The notes beneath the pieces were generated by a model, which worked only from the letters and a program-made list of their open reading frames with translations, did not search any database and was not told the origin of the DNA. A stretch of DNA of 64,000 nt. Source: Escherichia phage vB_VIPECOMC06. The DNA lies in sequence record PQ416618.1. One strand, 5' to 3'. The position numbers and the translations under genes were made by a program. This document shows, one piece after another, positions 44,874-55,376 of the stretch. Within the stretch, counting starts at the first letter, position 1, and every line of letters starts with the position of its first letter.

Positions 44874-47800
44874 TTATGCTAAACGAACGATATAGTTAAA
44901 AGCAACGTTTTTAACTGTGTTTTCTGTATTTCCTGTGGCATTTACAGTTATTGTATGTCCATGGGAACCAATTGCAACAGTATGAGAATGAGCACCAATA
45001 CCTACCGTATGGGTATGAGCACCAATACCAACAGTGTGGGCATGGTTACCCGTAGCGCTAGTAGTACCAGACCAACTATGGGTGTGGGCACCGTCTGAAG
45101 AAGTTTTGGCCATATTCGACGATGCAGTAGCACCGCTCACGGATCCAGTGATTTTAGCGTTACCGTTTGGACCAGCACTATTGTATCCATCATAGAATAT
45201 GCTAGCGGGTACGCCGCCTTGTATCTGAGGGCCTGAACGCGCGTGTTGGTGAGCACCGGCGGAACTAGTATTACCACTCACTGTATGGTTATGGTTGCCA
45301 GTGGTATTACTGGTCTTAGTACCATAATCAAAGCTTGAAGTCGTTTTGCTACCGTAATCAAAACTAGAAGTGGTCTTAGTACCCAAATCTGTGTTTGATG
45401 CACTTGCACTATGGCTATGTGACTTAACACCGTCTGCTTCTGTACTTAATACAGCACGCCCAGATGGTTTACCCTTGATAGTTTGACCACGCATATCAGG
45501 CAGAGAACCGGAAGGATACACAGCGGCTAACTTAGGATACAAGCCAGCATCAAATGTTTGACCTTCCATTATGGCATAACCTTCAGGAGGTGTATCAGTA
45601 GGCCAAGGAATCGGAGCACCAATTGGATAACTTGAGACAATATCCGTCTTAAGGTTATTTATTGTGGTATTCAAGTTAGCAAAGTTACCAGAACCACCAG
45701 TAATATTACCATCAGTTCCTAGTTGGGCATTTCCGACTTTAAAGGGTTTAGTGATTGACACGAAATTATCACTTATAACAAGACCGTGTCCATACGATTG
45801 GCTATAAAGTGATAAATCATTTCCAGAACCACCAAGACCAACATACCAAGATCTAGTTCCAGCTTTAGAACCCTGCAAATAATTAGCAGAAGAAGATGAA
45901 GGAGAATCTAGAGTAAGCGCTGCATTACGTTCATTAATAGTTACTGGACATATCATTTTAATAGTTTTAAGACTATTACTTACTTGTAATAATCCTGTAC
46001 CAGATCCAGAATCTCCTAAATGAACATCGTGCGACATTTTAACTGTGCCAGTGTTCAGTTCTATTGTCAATGGTCTAAGATTACTTATACCGCCTGATTC
46101 TCCAGCATCTTTAGGAGTCGGGATAATATATAATGATGCTTCTGAACGACGGAAAATTGCCCCGTATTCAGCATTCCAAATTCTTAATGCATCAGCTGTT
46201 CCGCCGATTTTAACTTGACCAGTAATAGAAGAACCACCAGTTAAATTAAGCCCATTATTCATGGTCACAGCACCTTCATGTGTACTCAATCCTCCCACAT
46301 AAAGGTTGCCAGTGGCGGTCAATGTTCCTTTTGCATTTAAAGAACCTGAAACTTGCATTAATACAGGGCCTATAGTTTCGTCACCTGTAGGCGCACCACG
46401 TTGAGAATAAAAATGGTATCCTTGTCCGTCACTAACTTCAAATACAGTTTCACGATATTTATCACCAGTGGTGTTAAATGCATTACCCCATGCTTTAACA
46501 GTTACATAACTCTTATTCTGACCTGCTCGAGTACCACCTTCCCACATGATTTGCTTAGTGCCATCAATACCTGAAGCTGCTTTAAAAACTAGAGAAGCAT
46601 TAGTTCCATCACCATTAAAATATAATCCATTATTAAGTTTTAATGTTTGAACAGAAGCGATGGTACCATCAGCACGTAAATTTAATGAATTTGAACCAGT
46701 TTTAAGATCTAAAATTCCTGGTTCAACAAGAAGTCCATCGCCCATGCTAACAGACATACGACCCGTGCCGCGGAAATAGTGATACATTTTAGAATTACTG
46801 CTATAACCAATATGAGTCTGCCCATCGCCGTTATTATTACCATCAACATCGGTGCGTGCGGTAAACATTGCTTGGTTGTTATTTGGAAAATCCCAAGTAG
46901 AACCGGAATCTCGACTATAACCAACCGTCAATTTTTTAGTACTATTAATACCATTATTCAAAATGGTAGCGGTTGAAATACTGTTAGCCATTAAGTCAAT
47001 AACGCCATCACGGACCCATTTAATACCAGTATCGTTATCGCCAATTGCAATACCAATGGAAATGGCAGACTCTAAAGGATAACGCCCATTTGTACCATTA
47101 TCAGGAAGACCTACTGAAATAGATTTACCTGCGGTAATACGCCCGGAAGTATCAAACGCCCATTGGAAATATTGAGCACCAGTCCCTGTCCACCAAGAAA
47201 TTTCGTGTGGTTTACCTGAACGAGCATCAGCAATTTCATGGAAAATAGCAGAAGAAACATGTCCGCGGAATTTACGAAGGTAGTTTATACCATTAGTATC
47301 CAAATCCGTTTCGGTTGGAGTATAGCGCCAAGTCGGTAATGAAACTAAATCATATGCAGTATCAATATTAGTGTCCCAAGATTTAGTGCTCACATTGATA
47401 TTTTTGGTAATAACTTTAGGACCAATTAAAGAACCAGCTTTAGTTTCAATATTACTTTGAGTAACTAAATATCCATTAGCTACTAATAAATTTCCGGAAT
47501 CAACTTGAAAATTACCATTACGGTTAAAGGTCCAATATTTCGAAGTGCCTGTTTCATCAATATAATGCATCTTCATTGAGCCTTCATTAACTAAGGTCCC
47601 TAATGAGAAAGTACCATCTTTATAACGTTGCTTAATTAACGGGTTATATTCTGAAGTAGCGGTTGATGCGGAAATATCCATGAAAATAGGGGCTTTTGCC
47701 GTGTGTTGACCAGCCCAAGAACCAACTCCGGTGGCCTTATAAGCAAATTCGATATATCCACCAGATGCAACATTTTGTGAGCCTATTAAATTAAATGTAC

Positions 47801-48014
47801 CTGTCTGAGTATAGTTACCTACATGAGTTACATTACCGTTAATATCCCCGCCTTTAGCAAAACCCAGATCAATGATATTTCCTAAATCATCTTTAGTAAA
47901 AATTGTTCTATCTTTTAAGTTTATAGCCAATTCACCTTCGGCTAATACTGAAGCAGCAGGGCGTGCACCTGCGGTTTTGCTTCTTTTAAATTGTATTTGT
48001 TTTAAAGTAGCCAT
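44874..48014 (-). CDS. 37: Long tail fibre distal subunit gp37
   Basis: 1046 aa; N-terminus [43 protein letters not shown]; C-terminal HxH repeats and ...[17 protein letters not shown] end as in T4 gp37. Confidence 0.95.
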   Translation of the reverse strand: MATLKQIQFKRSKTAGARPAASVLAEGELAINLKDRTIFTKDDLGNIIDLGFAKGGDINGNVTHVGNYTQTGTFNLIGSQNVASGGYIEFAYKATGVGSWAGQHTAKAPIFMDISASTATSEYNPLIKQRYKDGTFSLGTLVNEGSMKMHYIDETGTSKYWTFNRNGNFQVDSGNLLVANGYLVTQSNIETKAGSLIGPKVITKNINVSTKSWDTNIDTAYDLVSLPTWRYTPTETDLDTNGINYLRKFRGHVSSAIFHEIADARSGKPHEISWWTGTGAQYFQWAFDTSGRITAGKSISVGLPDNGTNGRYPLESAISIGIAIGDNDTGIKWVRDGVIDLMANSISTATILNNGINSTKKLTVGYSRDSGSTWDFPNNNQAMFTARTDVDGNNNGDGQTHIGYSSNSKMYHYFRGTGRMSVSMGDGLLVEPGILDLKTGSNSLNLRADGTIASVQTLKLNNGLYFNGDGTNASLVFKAASGIDGTKQIMWEGGTRAGQNKSYVTVKAWGNAFNTTGDKYRETVFEVSDGQGYHFYSQRGAPTGDETIGPVLMQVSGSLNAKGTLTATGNLYVGGLSTHEGAVTMNNGLNLTGGSSITGQVKIGGTADALRIWNAEYGAIFRRSEASLYIIPTPKDAGESGGISNLRPLTIELNTGTVKMSHDVHLGDSGSGTGLLQVSNSLKTIKMICPVTINERNAALTLDSPSSSSANYLQGSKAGTRSWYVGLGGSGNDLSLYSQSYGHGLVISDNFVSITKPFKVGNAQLGTDGNITGGSGNFANLNTTINNLKTDIVSSYPIGAPIPWPTDTPPEGYAIMEGQTFDAGLYPKLAAVYPSGSLPDMRGQTIKGKPSGRAVLSTEADGVKSHSHSASASNTDLGTKTTSSFDYGSKTTSSFDYGTKTSNTTGNHNHTVSGNTSSAGAHQHARSGPQIQGGVPASIFYDGYNSAGPNGNAKITGSVSGATASSNMAKTSSDGAHTHSWSGTTSATGNHAHTVGIGAHTHTVGIGAHSHTVAIGSHGHTITVNATGNTENTVKNVAFNYIVRLA

Positions 48015-48022
48015 AAGTCCTC

Positions 48023-48688
48023 TTAATAATAGCCGAAATCTTGAACAGAATCCTTAATTACGATTTGGTCGAAACGAGGAACATGATTAGCCTCAGACGC
48101 CGGATTCTGTGAGAAAAAGTTTGGTGCTGTTAAAGTACCAGTCATGGTGTCGCCTTTACGCAATACACGGGAATTTGCGTTATCCGTAACAATATTTATT
48201 CGTCCATCAACATAGTCCTTTCTAGTAAGGTCATTCGCTGCTACAGGAGCAGTAGCGTTAGAACGGACAGGACCAGTTGCATAAATACCACCTTTAGTGC
48301 TGATATCACCAGTACGAGTGTTAACAACAACAGTTCTACCTGCAGATCCTTGTGATGATTTAAAACCAATGCCATACCATGAAACAATATCAATATTTGC
48401 TGTATCAAAAGTAGCAGCATCGCCATTGCCAGGATAAATACCACTTTGATTTGTGTTATTTACGGCATAAGGTACTTGCACACCATTATTAAATGTTACT
48501 CGAGCGGCATACGTACCACCATTAGCTTTAGAAACAAAATCGTTATCAGCCGCTTGTGGTTTATTATATTCTGAATAGAGTTTAAACGTTTTATACAGGA
48601 CGTCATCACCTGCTGGCATTAAAGGGAAATTACCTTGATGCCATATAACGGCACCGCCAGTTGTACTACCAGCTTTTAAATCGGCCAT
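48023..48688 (-). CDS. 36: Long tail fibre distal connector gp36
   Basis: 221 aa; RBS AAGGAG; late promoter upstream; synteny 34-35-36-37. Confidence 0.85.
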   Translation of the reverse strand: MADLKAGSTTGGAVIWHQGNFPLMPAGDDVLYKTFKLYSEYNKPQAADNDFVSKANGGTYAARVTFNNGVQVPYAVNNTNQSGIYPGNGDAATFDTANIDIVSWYGIGFKSSQGSAGRTVVVNTRTGDISTKGGIYATGPVRSNATAPVAANDLTRKDYVDGRINIVTDNANSRVLRKGDTMTGTLTAPNFFSQNPASEANHVPRFDQIVIKDSVQDFGYY

Positions 48689-48712
48689 AGTTGTCTCCTT
48701 ATATGTATACCA

Positions 48713-48720
48713 TATTTATA
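48713..48720 (-). promoter_or_regulatory. T4 late promoter TATAAATA (- strand) for gene 36
   Basis: Plus-strand tatttata, about 25 nt upstream of the gene 36 ATG. Confidence 0.7.
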
Positions 48721-48745
48721 CAAAAATGGGAGACCGAAGTCTCCC
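48721..48745 (-). terminator. UUCG-loop hairpin plus U tail after gene 35 (- strand)
   Basis: gggagacCGAAgtctccc (plus-strand representation) directly after the gp35 stop, followed on the - strand by auuuuug. Confidence 0.6.
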
Positions 48746-48750
48746 TAAAT

Positions 48751-49878
48751 TTATTCTGATGCTTCTTTAAATTCTTGTCCAAATACCTTACCAGTATCAG
48801 TTGAAGATTGAGTAGGTAATGTCATTATGTCTGTGGCACTTAAAGATTCTGAAACATAATTTACACGAATACCATTTATACCAAACTCAGCAGGTTTTGA
48901 AACGCTTCCATTATATGATACTTCAGTGAATATAACGTTTCTTAATCCACCTTGCCCGACTGGAGCTGTACGATAACAATAAATCGTGAACCCGTCAGCA
49001 CCAGCAGGAATTTCTATGTAGTCTTCATATATCTTCCATTCACCTGCAGCCCCATCAAAGTTTATATCCTTAAATGAAATAGGTGAAGTAGAAGGAGATT
49101 TAAAGAAACGAATAGAAAGTCGTGTCGTCCCTTGTGCTAACAAATCAGCATCGGCCATTAGTTGGAATTTCATATAAAGGAAATCTCCAGGCTTCAATTT
49201 ATACCCAGCGAGAGGTGTAATAAGGGACGTTGTAGGCATCCTTTTAATTTCATTATTAGTACCTCCAACAGCAGATAAAAATGTGTCTGTCGATTCGTAC
49301 GTACGACTAGGGAAGCCGGTAGCACCAATATCATCGATCGTGTCGTACACAACATCAAGTGGTGTACTATAGTCGGTTGAAGTTTTCTTATTACTATACT
49401 TAATATGTTCTAGTGCTATAGCATTCTTACCAGAAATATAAAATGCAGAATAAGAAATGTCCACTATATTTAAAACTTGTTGAGCTAATGGAATAACAGA
49501 ACTCCCAGCTTTAGTAAACCATGCAAGAACTTCAGGTGGAAAGTTCGTTTTAGCGTTAGTAACAAGAGCAAATATAAAATTTGAAGCATATGTGTCCATG
49601 AAAGTAACAAATGCACTTGACGTGGCGTCGTTTTCAGTAGAGAAATTATATGACTTAGATTCAACTACTGCACCTGTTGTAGGATTTATTACACGAACGT
49701 TTAATCCAACGGAAAAAACCTGGGACCCAAGTGGATTATCTTGGAACTTAATATAAGCAGGAGATGTTGATAGCGGACAAGAGCCCGCTATACTTAATTT
49801 AAATCGTACTGAATTGCTTTCCGATAAAAATGGCGTTTGGACATATCCTTGTCCAAACTTAGCCATAAATTTTTCCAT
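48751..49878 (-). CDS. 35: Long tail fibre hinge connector gp35
   Basis: 375 aa; between 34 and 36. Confidence 0.85.
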   Translation of the reverse strand: MEKFMAKFGQGYVQTPFLSESNSVRFKLSIAGSCPLSTSPAYIKFQDNPLGSQVFSVGLNVRVINPTTGAVVESKSYNFSTENDATSSAFVTFMDTYASNFIFALVTNAKTNFPPEVLAWFTKAGSSVIPLAQQVLNIVDISYSAFYISGKNAIALEHIKYSNKKTSTDYSTPLDVVYDTIDDIGATGFPSRTYESTDTFLSAVGGTNNEIKRMPTTSLITPLAGYKLKPGDFLYMKFQLMADADLLAQGTTRLSIRFFKSPSTSPISFKDINFDGAAGEWKIYEDYIEIPAGADGFTIYCYRTAPVGQGGLRNVIFTEVSYNGSVSKPAEFGINGIRVNYVSESLSATDIMTLPTQSSTDTGKVFGQEFKEASE

Positions 49879-49886
49879 AATACCTC

Positions 49887-52800
49887 TTATTCAACCCATT
49901 CAAATTTAACAGATTTATTCACAGGGTCTGGAATAATGCGGACATTACCAATCCTTAAGAAATCACGAATAGTAAGATTCCCCATTGTAGCATTATCAGA
50001 TGGTAAAGCGCCAATATCAGAAGGTTGAGGAGGGTTTCCACCATCAAATACCTGAACAAAACTCGACCAAGAATTTTTAGTTTTCTGCCATGTACGTGTC
50101 CAACGGGTTGTACGTGCTTCTGGAGTTGTTGGATAAGTAATCCAATCTTGGTAAAGCGAATCAAGTGTGTTACCAAACTGAGTCAATGTACCAGGAGATT
50201 TAACTTCTTCGCCACGTTCTAAGTATGGAAGTCCAGTCACTTCATTAGTTTTTTCAACCATTTTAAAATAACCTGGGAACTGGTTATAAGTGGCTGAATC
50301 GTTAATATCGATTGACCAGAATCCTACAGTATCAGATGTTGGTGCACGTGTATATAAATCAGATGTTTTAGTACCTTGAGAACGAATTCTCGAGTTAACC
50401 GTTAAACCACCTGAATTTATAGTAGCACCTTTAGCAATGATTAAGCTTTCACCAATCGTTACTTGACCAGATGTATTGTTAATAGCTAAAGGACGTAATC
50501 CATTAAATCCACCAGTCTGATCACCTGATGCAGTAAGCATAAAATAGGTATTAACAGCATCATTACGAATAAAGAATCCGTAATTACCACTAATAGCTCT
50601 AAAAGCATTCGATGATTTGCTGATGAATTCACCATTAGCAGTAACTGAACTACCAAATGTTGCAACGCCGTTCGCGTTCAAAGAACCTGAAGCGTTGACA
50701 TTTATCGGCATCACAGTACCATTGATACTAAACGTTATATTCCCAGCTTTATTGCGTTGAGAATAAAAGTGATTAGACGTTTCATCACCAACTTCAAATA
50801 CAGTAGAACGTGTTGTATCTGAACCGCCACCAAACTGATTTCCCCATACACGGATGCTCATTGACTGTGCTGGGTTAGTTCCAGTTTGAGGTCCTTTTTC
50901 AAAAATCAGACGAGTTGCTGTTCCAGCGTTAGAAATAGTTAATGTACTATTTGCCGAAACTGAACCACCAAACGTAGCAGTACTAGATGATACAAGAGGG
51001 GCACTCAGATTCGTTTGTTGGGTTAATGTTAGTGAACCATTAACCGTCTGTGCAATGTCCCTACGAATGAACTGAGATGAATCTAGGCCATCCAATAAAT
51101 TCGTGTCAGCAGCTTTTGCTTTTAATGGCAAGTAATTTGCTAATACACGGTTTAATTCATATGGTGATACTGCATAGCTATTTTTCTCATATAGCTCTAA
51201 GTTCTGTGTAGAACCGACTGTATCATTACCAACGAATGTAATTGAACCGGATGAAGTTTTAACGAATCCACGAATTGCTGTAGTAGCAGCCCATGTTGGT
51301 TCGTTCTGGACAATCCATTTTAAATTCTTAGGAGATACAGCAGTGTTCGCTGACGTTCCAGTCACAGTTTCAGTCTGGGTTGCAACCTTGATTACACCTT
51401 CAGACGTTTCAGTGGACTTAGTCCCTAAAAGCTTTTTAGGAGTAATAAGAACATCATCTAAAGTTCCTGCATTAGATTCTGCCTGGGTCGCTACGCGAAG
51501 TGTACCACGTTGTGTTTCATTTGCTTTAGAAATATCAAGAGTATAATGGTTCCACAAGGTTCCTTCTTCAATAAGTCCGGAATCAGAATTAACACTGGTA
51601 CGGTCAGAAGAATCAAAATGAGTTTTAATTTTCAGTGGAGTCGAGATACGAGTATCATCAGTTCCAGTATCAAATTCAACTTGCGTAGCAATTTCGGCTA
51701 TGCCGGATAATCCTTCCGTCGCTCTCCTATCATTTAACGTCTTAGGCGTTACTGCACGTGTATAATCAGTCCCAGCATTAGTTTCTGCTTGCGTAGCAAT
51801 TTCAATTAAACCAATACGTCCATCAGTAGAAGTTTTCTTATGTAGTGTTTCAGGAGTTACTACAGCATGAGAGTATCCAGACTGAGATTGTCCAGCAATT
51901 ACTTCACTATCAATAGCTAAAATTACTGCACCTTGTTGAGCATACGTTGCTTTATATTGGTCAAGGGCTTTAGGAGAAATAGTTAAATTATTTACGGTTT
52001 TATTATAAACGTTAGTGCCTGCGGCCCCACGAGTTTCGGCAGGAGTAGCAGAAGTAGTCGATACATATTTAACTATACCAGACAGCGTTTCAGAGCCCTG
52101 ACGTGCCTGTAATTTCTTAGGCGTAATAATCGTTGTGTCATCAAGACCAGCATCGGTTTCAGTCTGAGTAGCAATTTCAGCAAGACCGCGACGAGTTTCA
52201 GTTGCTGTACGCTCATTTAGTTTTTTAGGCGTAACAATAGTATCGTCCACAAATGATGCTGTGGAGTTCTGGTTAACTTGTGCTGTTGTAGCAATTTTAG
52301 CGATACCACGTCGAGCTTCAGTTGCTGTACGATTTGCCAACGTTTCAGGAGTAATAGCAACTTCTTTAGCCGGAGTATTCTCTAAATCAACATTTGCTTG
52401 CGCTTGAGTAGCAAGAGCAATAACACCTAAACGAGCTCGTGTAGCATCAGATCCAGCATCAACACGTTCTACCGTAGGGACATTCTGTTGCACAACCCAA
52501 TAATGAGTGTCAGAATCAGTGTCTTCGATATACGCTAATTCTAATACAGGAACATATGAAGTAGTGCCATTGAATTCTAGTTCAGTAACAGAGACCCATT
52601 GAGCATCAGGTGGATATTCAGAACGTTTAGGGAACTGAAGTAATGCGACAGAAGAAGCAATTGTATCACCTTCGGCAGCTTTAATTTTTACTGTTTGGCC
52701 TTTACGCATGTAGTTCATTGAAATTTTAACAGTGTCACCACTCAAAATTCCAGTAGGCAGCGTAAGATTAATAGTTCCGGTTGTAGCGTTATTTGTGCCA

Positions 52801-53762
52801 AAAATAAGAACTTCTTCGTTTGGACGAATATTTGAATCTGCACGGATAATACGAAGACGCGATTTCTGGTCGCCTTCCCATATACGCCATAAACTATTTG
52901 CAGCATCAAAAACAAAAAACGCGTCAGAGTCATTTCTGCCTTCGGCAATATGAGTCCCTACTTCACCAATAGACGTTGTATCATCAAATGTTTTAACAAT
53001 TGTATGATACAGTGGGTTTAATCTATCTAAATCGACTAGGCTGATTATATCACCATTGTTAGCATTACGTGGAAGTGTAATGTTGATTGGTGCTGCACTA
53101 GTAAAACGACGAACTATAAAATCATTTGCTTGTGCTTGATATGGTGTCGCAGGTGTAACAGTGATTGATTCTTTACCGTAATCAATGATATACATCTGCC
53201 ACAAACGATTACTAAACACAAACACTAGTTGTGAACGTGGTCGCGTCATTAAAACTGAACGAACTTGTTCGCCTCTAAAGTTTAAAATACTCTGCACAGA
53301 CGCGTTAATCTGTACTTTAACTGTCCCGGTTCTTCCACCAATATCAGCCAAAACAACAGTATCACCATCAACCGGCGCATTTGGCAATGTGAAAACCATA
53401 TCATTGCCGGCACCGGTGTTAACCGAAATCGAATCACCTGAAGAAAGTTGATAAGTCCCAGAAGCGACAGTTATCCATTGTGCATCTGTACGAACTGCAC
53501 GCCATTGTAAAAGGTTAAATGTCCCGGAAGGAGACACGATATCATTTATTGCTTGATATAAACGGTTGTCATAAAGAACAACAAATCCTTTGTTATATCC
53601 ACGCGTAGAATCATATACTTGAACGGTGTTTTCTTGTACCAGGAAGTCAACGTTTACGCCATCAGTACCTACTGTACGGTCGGCTAATGCTACGTTAACA
53701 ATCTTGTCGCCACCGGCGTCCAGACCGTCTTCGGCTCTGAACTTACGTTTGATGTCGGCCAT
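49887..53762 (-). CDS. 34: Long tail fibre proximal subunit gp34
   Basis: 1291 aa; internal ~30-aa repeats (TPKKLNERTATETRRGLAEIATQ...); late promoter upstream. Confidence 0.9.
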   Translation of the reverse strand: MADIKRKFRAEDGLDAGGDKIVNVALADRTVGTDGVNVDFLVQENTVQVYDSTRGYNKGFVVLYDNRLYQAINDIVSPSGTFNLLQWRAVRTDAQWITVASGTYQLSSGDSISVNTGAGNDMVFTLPNAPVDGDTVVLADIGGRTGTVKVQINASVQSILNFRGEQVRSVLMTRPRSQLVFVFSNRLWQMYIIDYGKESITVTPATPYQAQANDFIVRRFTSAAPINITLPRNANNGDIISLVDLDRLNPLYHTIVKTFDDTTSIGEVGTHIAEGRNDSDAFFVFDAANSLWRIWEGDQKSRLRIIRADSNIRPNEEVLIFGTNNATTGTINLTLPTGILSGDTVKISMNYMRKGQTVKIKAAEGDTIASSVALLQFPKRSEYPPDAQWVSVTELEFNGTTSYVPVLELAYIEDTDSDTHYWVVQQNVPTVERVDAGSDATRARLGVIALATQAQANVDLENTPAKEVAITPETLANRTATEARRGIAKIATTAQVNQNSTASFVDDTIVTPKKLNERTATETRRGLAEIATQTETDAGLDDTTIITPKKLQARQGSETLSGIVKYVSTTSATPAETRGAAGTNVYNKTVNNLTISPKALDQYKATYAQQGAVILAIDSEVIAGQSQSGYSHAVVTPETLHKKTSTDGRIGLIEIATQAETNAGTDYTRAVTPKTLNDRRATEGLSGIAEIATQVEFDTGTDDTRISTPLKIKTHFDSSDRTSVNSDSGLIEEGTLWNHYTLDISKANETQRGTLRVATQAESNAGTLDDVLITPKKLLGTKSTETSEGVIKVATQTETVTGTSANTAVSPKNLKWIVQNEPTWAATTAIRGFVKTSSGSITFVGNDTVGSTQNLELYEKNSYAVSPYELNRVLANYLPLKAKAADTNLLDGLDSSQFIRRDIAQTVNGSLTLTQQTNLSAPLVSSSTATFGGSVSANSTLTISNAGTATRLIFEKGPQTGTNPAQSMSIRVWGNQFGGGSDTTRSTVFEVGDETSNHFYSQRNKAGNITFSINGTVMPINVNASGSLNANGVATFGSSVTANGEFISKSSNAFRAISGNYGFFIRNDAVNTYFMLTASGDQTGGFNGLRPLAINNTSGQVTIGESLIIAKGATINSGGLTVNSRIRSQGTKTSDLYTRAPTSDTVGFWSIDINDSATYNQFPGYFKMVEKTNEVTGLPYLERGEEVKSPGTLTQFGNTLDSLYQDWITYPTTPEARTTRWTRTWQKTKNSWSSFVQVFDGGNPPQPSDIGALPSDNATMGNLTIRDFLRIGNVRIIPDPVNKSVKFEWVE

Positions 53763-53792
53763 TCGTTTTTCCTTTATTGTTTCAATAATACT

Positions 53793-53800
53793 TATTTATA
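53793..53800 (-). promoter_or_regulatory. T4 late promoter TATAAATA (- strand) for gene 34
   Basis: Plus-strand tatttata, about 31 nt upstream of the gene 34 ATG. Confidence 0.7.
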
Positions 53801-53803
53801 CCA

Positions 53804-53833
53804 GTTTACGCTTTCAAATGAGTATGTTACTAT
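53804..53833 (+). promoter_or_regulatory. T4-type early promoter for rnh (-35 GTTTAC, extended -10 TGtTACTAT)
   Basis: GTTTAC 53804-53809, 18-nt spacer, TACTAT 53828-53833; divergent from the gene 34 late promoter. Confidence 0.55.
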
Positions 53834-53865
53834 AGACAAGTTGACTAACTGAACAAGAGGTTCAT

Positions 53866-54783
53866 ATGGATTTAGAAATGATGTTGGATGAAGATTACAA
53901 AGAAGGTATTGCACTTGCCGACTTTAGTAACATTGCATTGGCAGCTGCATTAAACAACTTTGAAGACGGCGATAAAATTACTGTTCCGATGGTTCGCCAT
54001 GTAATCTTGAATTCAATTCGTAAAAACGTAGTGATGTTCCGTAAGCAAGGCTATACAAAATTTGTATTGTGTATGGATAATGCTACTTCAGGTTATTGGC
54101 GTCGTGACTTTGCTTACTATTACAAGAAAAATCGTAAAACCGATCGTGAAGCTTCAAAGTGGGATTGGGAAGGATATTTTACTGCACTCCGTCAAGTTGT
54201 TGATGAGATTAAGAAATACATGCCATACGTTGTAATGGATATTGACAAGTATGAAGCGGATGACCATATCGGTGTATTAACTAAATATTTGTCATTAGCT
54301 GGACATAAGGTATGTATTGTTGCATCAGATGGTGACTTTACACAATTACACAAATATCCTAACGTTAAACAGTGGTCGCCACCACAGAAAAAATGGGTTA
54401 AAATTAAGAACGGTTCTGCTGAAATTGATTGCATGACTAAAATTCTTAAAGGTGACCGTAAAGACGGCGTTGCATCTGTTCGAGTTCGTGGCGACTTCTG
54501 GTTTACCAGAGTTGATGGTGAACGAACTCCGAGCATGAAAACAACGATTATTGAAGCAATTGCCAATGACCGTTCTCAAGCTGAAGTATTATTAAGTGCG
54601 GAAGAATATAAACGGTATCAAGAAAATTTGGTTCTCATTGATTTTGATTATATCCCTGATAATATTGCTTCAACCATTATAGAGTATTATAACTCATATA
54701 AACCACAACCTAAAGGCAAGATTTATTCATACTTTGTAAAATCTGGTCTTTCTAAATTAACAAGTGTAATTAATGAATTCTGA
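53866..54783 (+). CDS. rnh: RNase H (5'-3' exonuclease, FEN family)
   Basis: 305 aa; T4 RNase H length and position; acidic catalytic clusters (MDIDKYEADD, ASDGDF). Confidence 0.85.
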   Translation: MDLEMMLDEDYKEGIALADFSNIALAAALNNFEDGDKITVPMVRHVILNSIRKNVVMFRKQGYTKFVLCMDNATSGYWRRDFAYYYKKNRKTDREASKWDWEGYFTALRQVVDEIKKYMPYVVMDIDKYEADDHIGVLTKYLSLAGHKVCIVASDGDFTQLHKYPNVKQWSPPQKKWVKIKNGSAEIDCMTKILKGDRKDGVASVRVRGDFWFTRVDGERTPSMKTTIIEAIANDRSQAEVLLSAEEYKRYQENLVLIDFDYIPDNIASTIIEYYNSYKPQPKGKIYSYFVKSGLSKLTSVINEF

Positions 54784-54790
54784 GGTAAAC

Positions 54791-55060
54791 ATGGCTAAGA
54801 AAGAAGCAGTTGAATTTAATCAAGATGTGCATGGTGAAGAACTGGCTAAACTAGTCAAGGAAGCTTCCGATAACAAACTTAAAATTTCTGGTTATAATGA
54901 ACTGATTAAAGACATTCGTACTCGTGCTAAAGAAGAGCTTGGCGTCGATGGAAAAATGTTTAATCGTTTGTTAGCTCTTTATCATAAAGATGCTCGTGAT
55001 CAATTTGAAGCTGAAAACGAAGAGGTAGTCGAGCTTTATGACACAGTTTTCACTAAGTGA
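54791..55060 (+). CDS. dsbA: DsbA-like dsDNA-binding protein (late transcription accessory)
   Basis: 89 aa from ATG 54791 with RBS tgaggtaaac (track start 54773 lies inside rnh); between rnh and 33 as in T4. Confidence 0.6.
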   Translation: MAKKEAVEFNQDVHGEELAKLVKEASDNKLKISGYNELIKDIRTRAKEELGVDGKMFNRLLALYHKDARDQFEAENEEVVELYDTVFTK

Positions 55061-55376
55061 TATTAAACCGGTTGATGAGGCCGGTTTATCTGAACAAGAA
55101 TTAGCGGTAAAACACGATAAAGATGATATCGCTAAATTGCTTGACCGACAAGAAAACGGATTCATTATCGAATCCATGGTTGAACAATTTGGTATGTCTT
55201 ATTTAGAAGCAACAACTGCTTTCTTGGAAGAAAATTCTATTCCAGAAACACAATTTGCTAAATTTATTCCTACAGGAATTGTTGAAAAAATTACAAGCGA
55301 AGCAATTGATGAAAACATGCTTCGCCCATCAGTTGCTCGTGGTGAAAAAACTAATACGTTAGATTTCTTATTATGA
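55038..55376 (+). CDS. 33: Late transcription co-activator gp33
   Basis: 112 aa (T4 gp33 length); overlaps the dsbA 3' end; upstream of 59. Confidence 0.7.
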   Translation: MTQFSLSDIKPVDEAGLSEQELAVKHDKDDIAKLLDRQENGFIIESMVEQFGMSYLEATTAFLEENSIPETQFAKFIPTGIVEKITSEAIDENMLRPSVARGEKTNTLDFLL

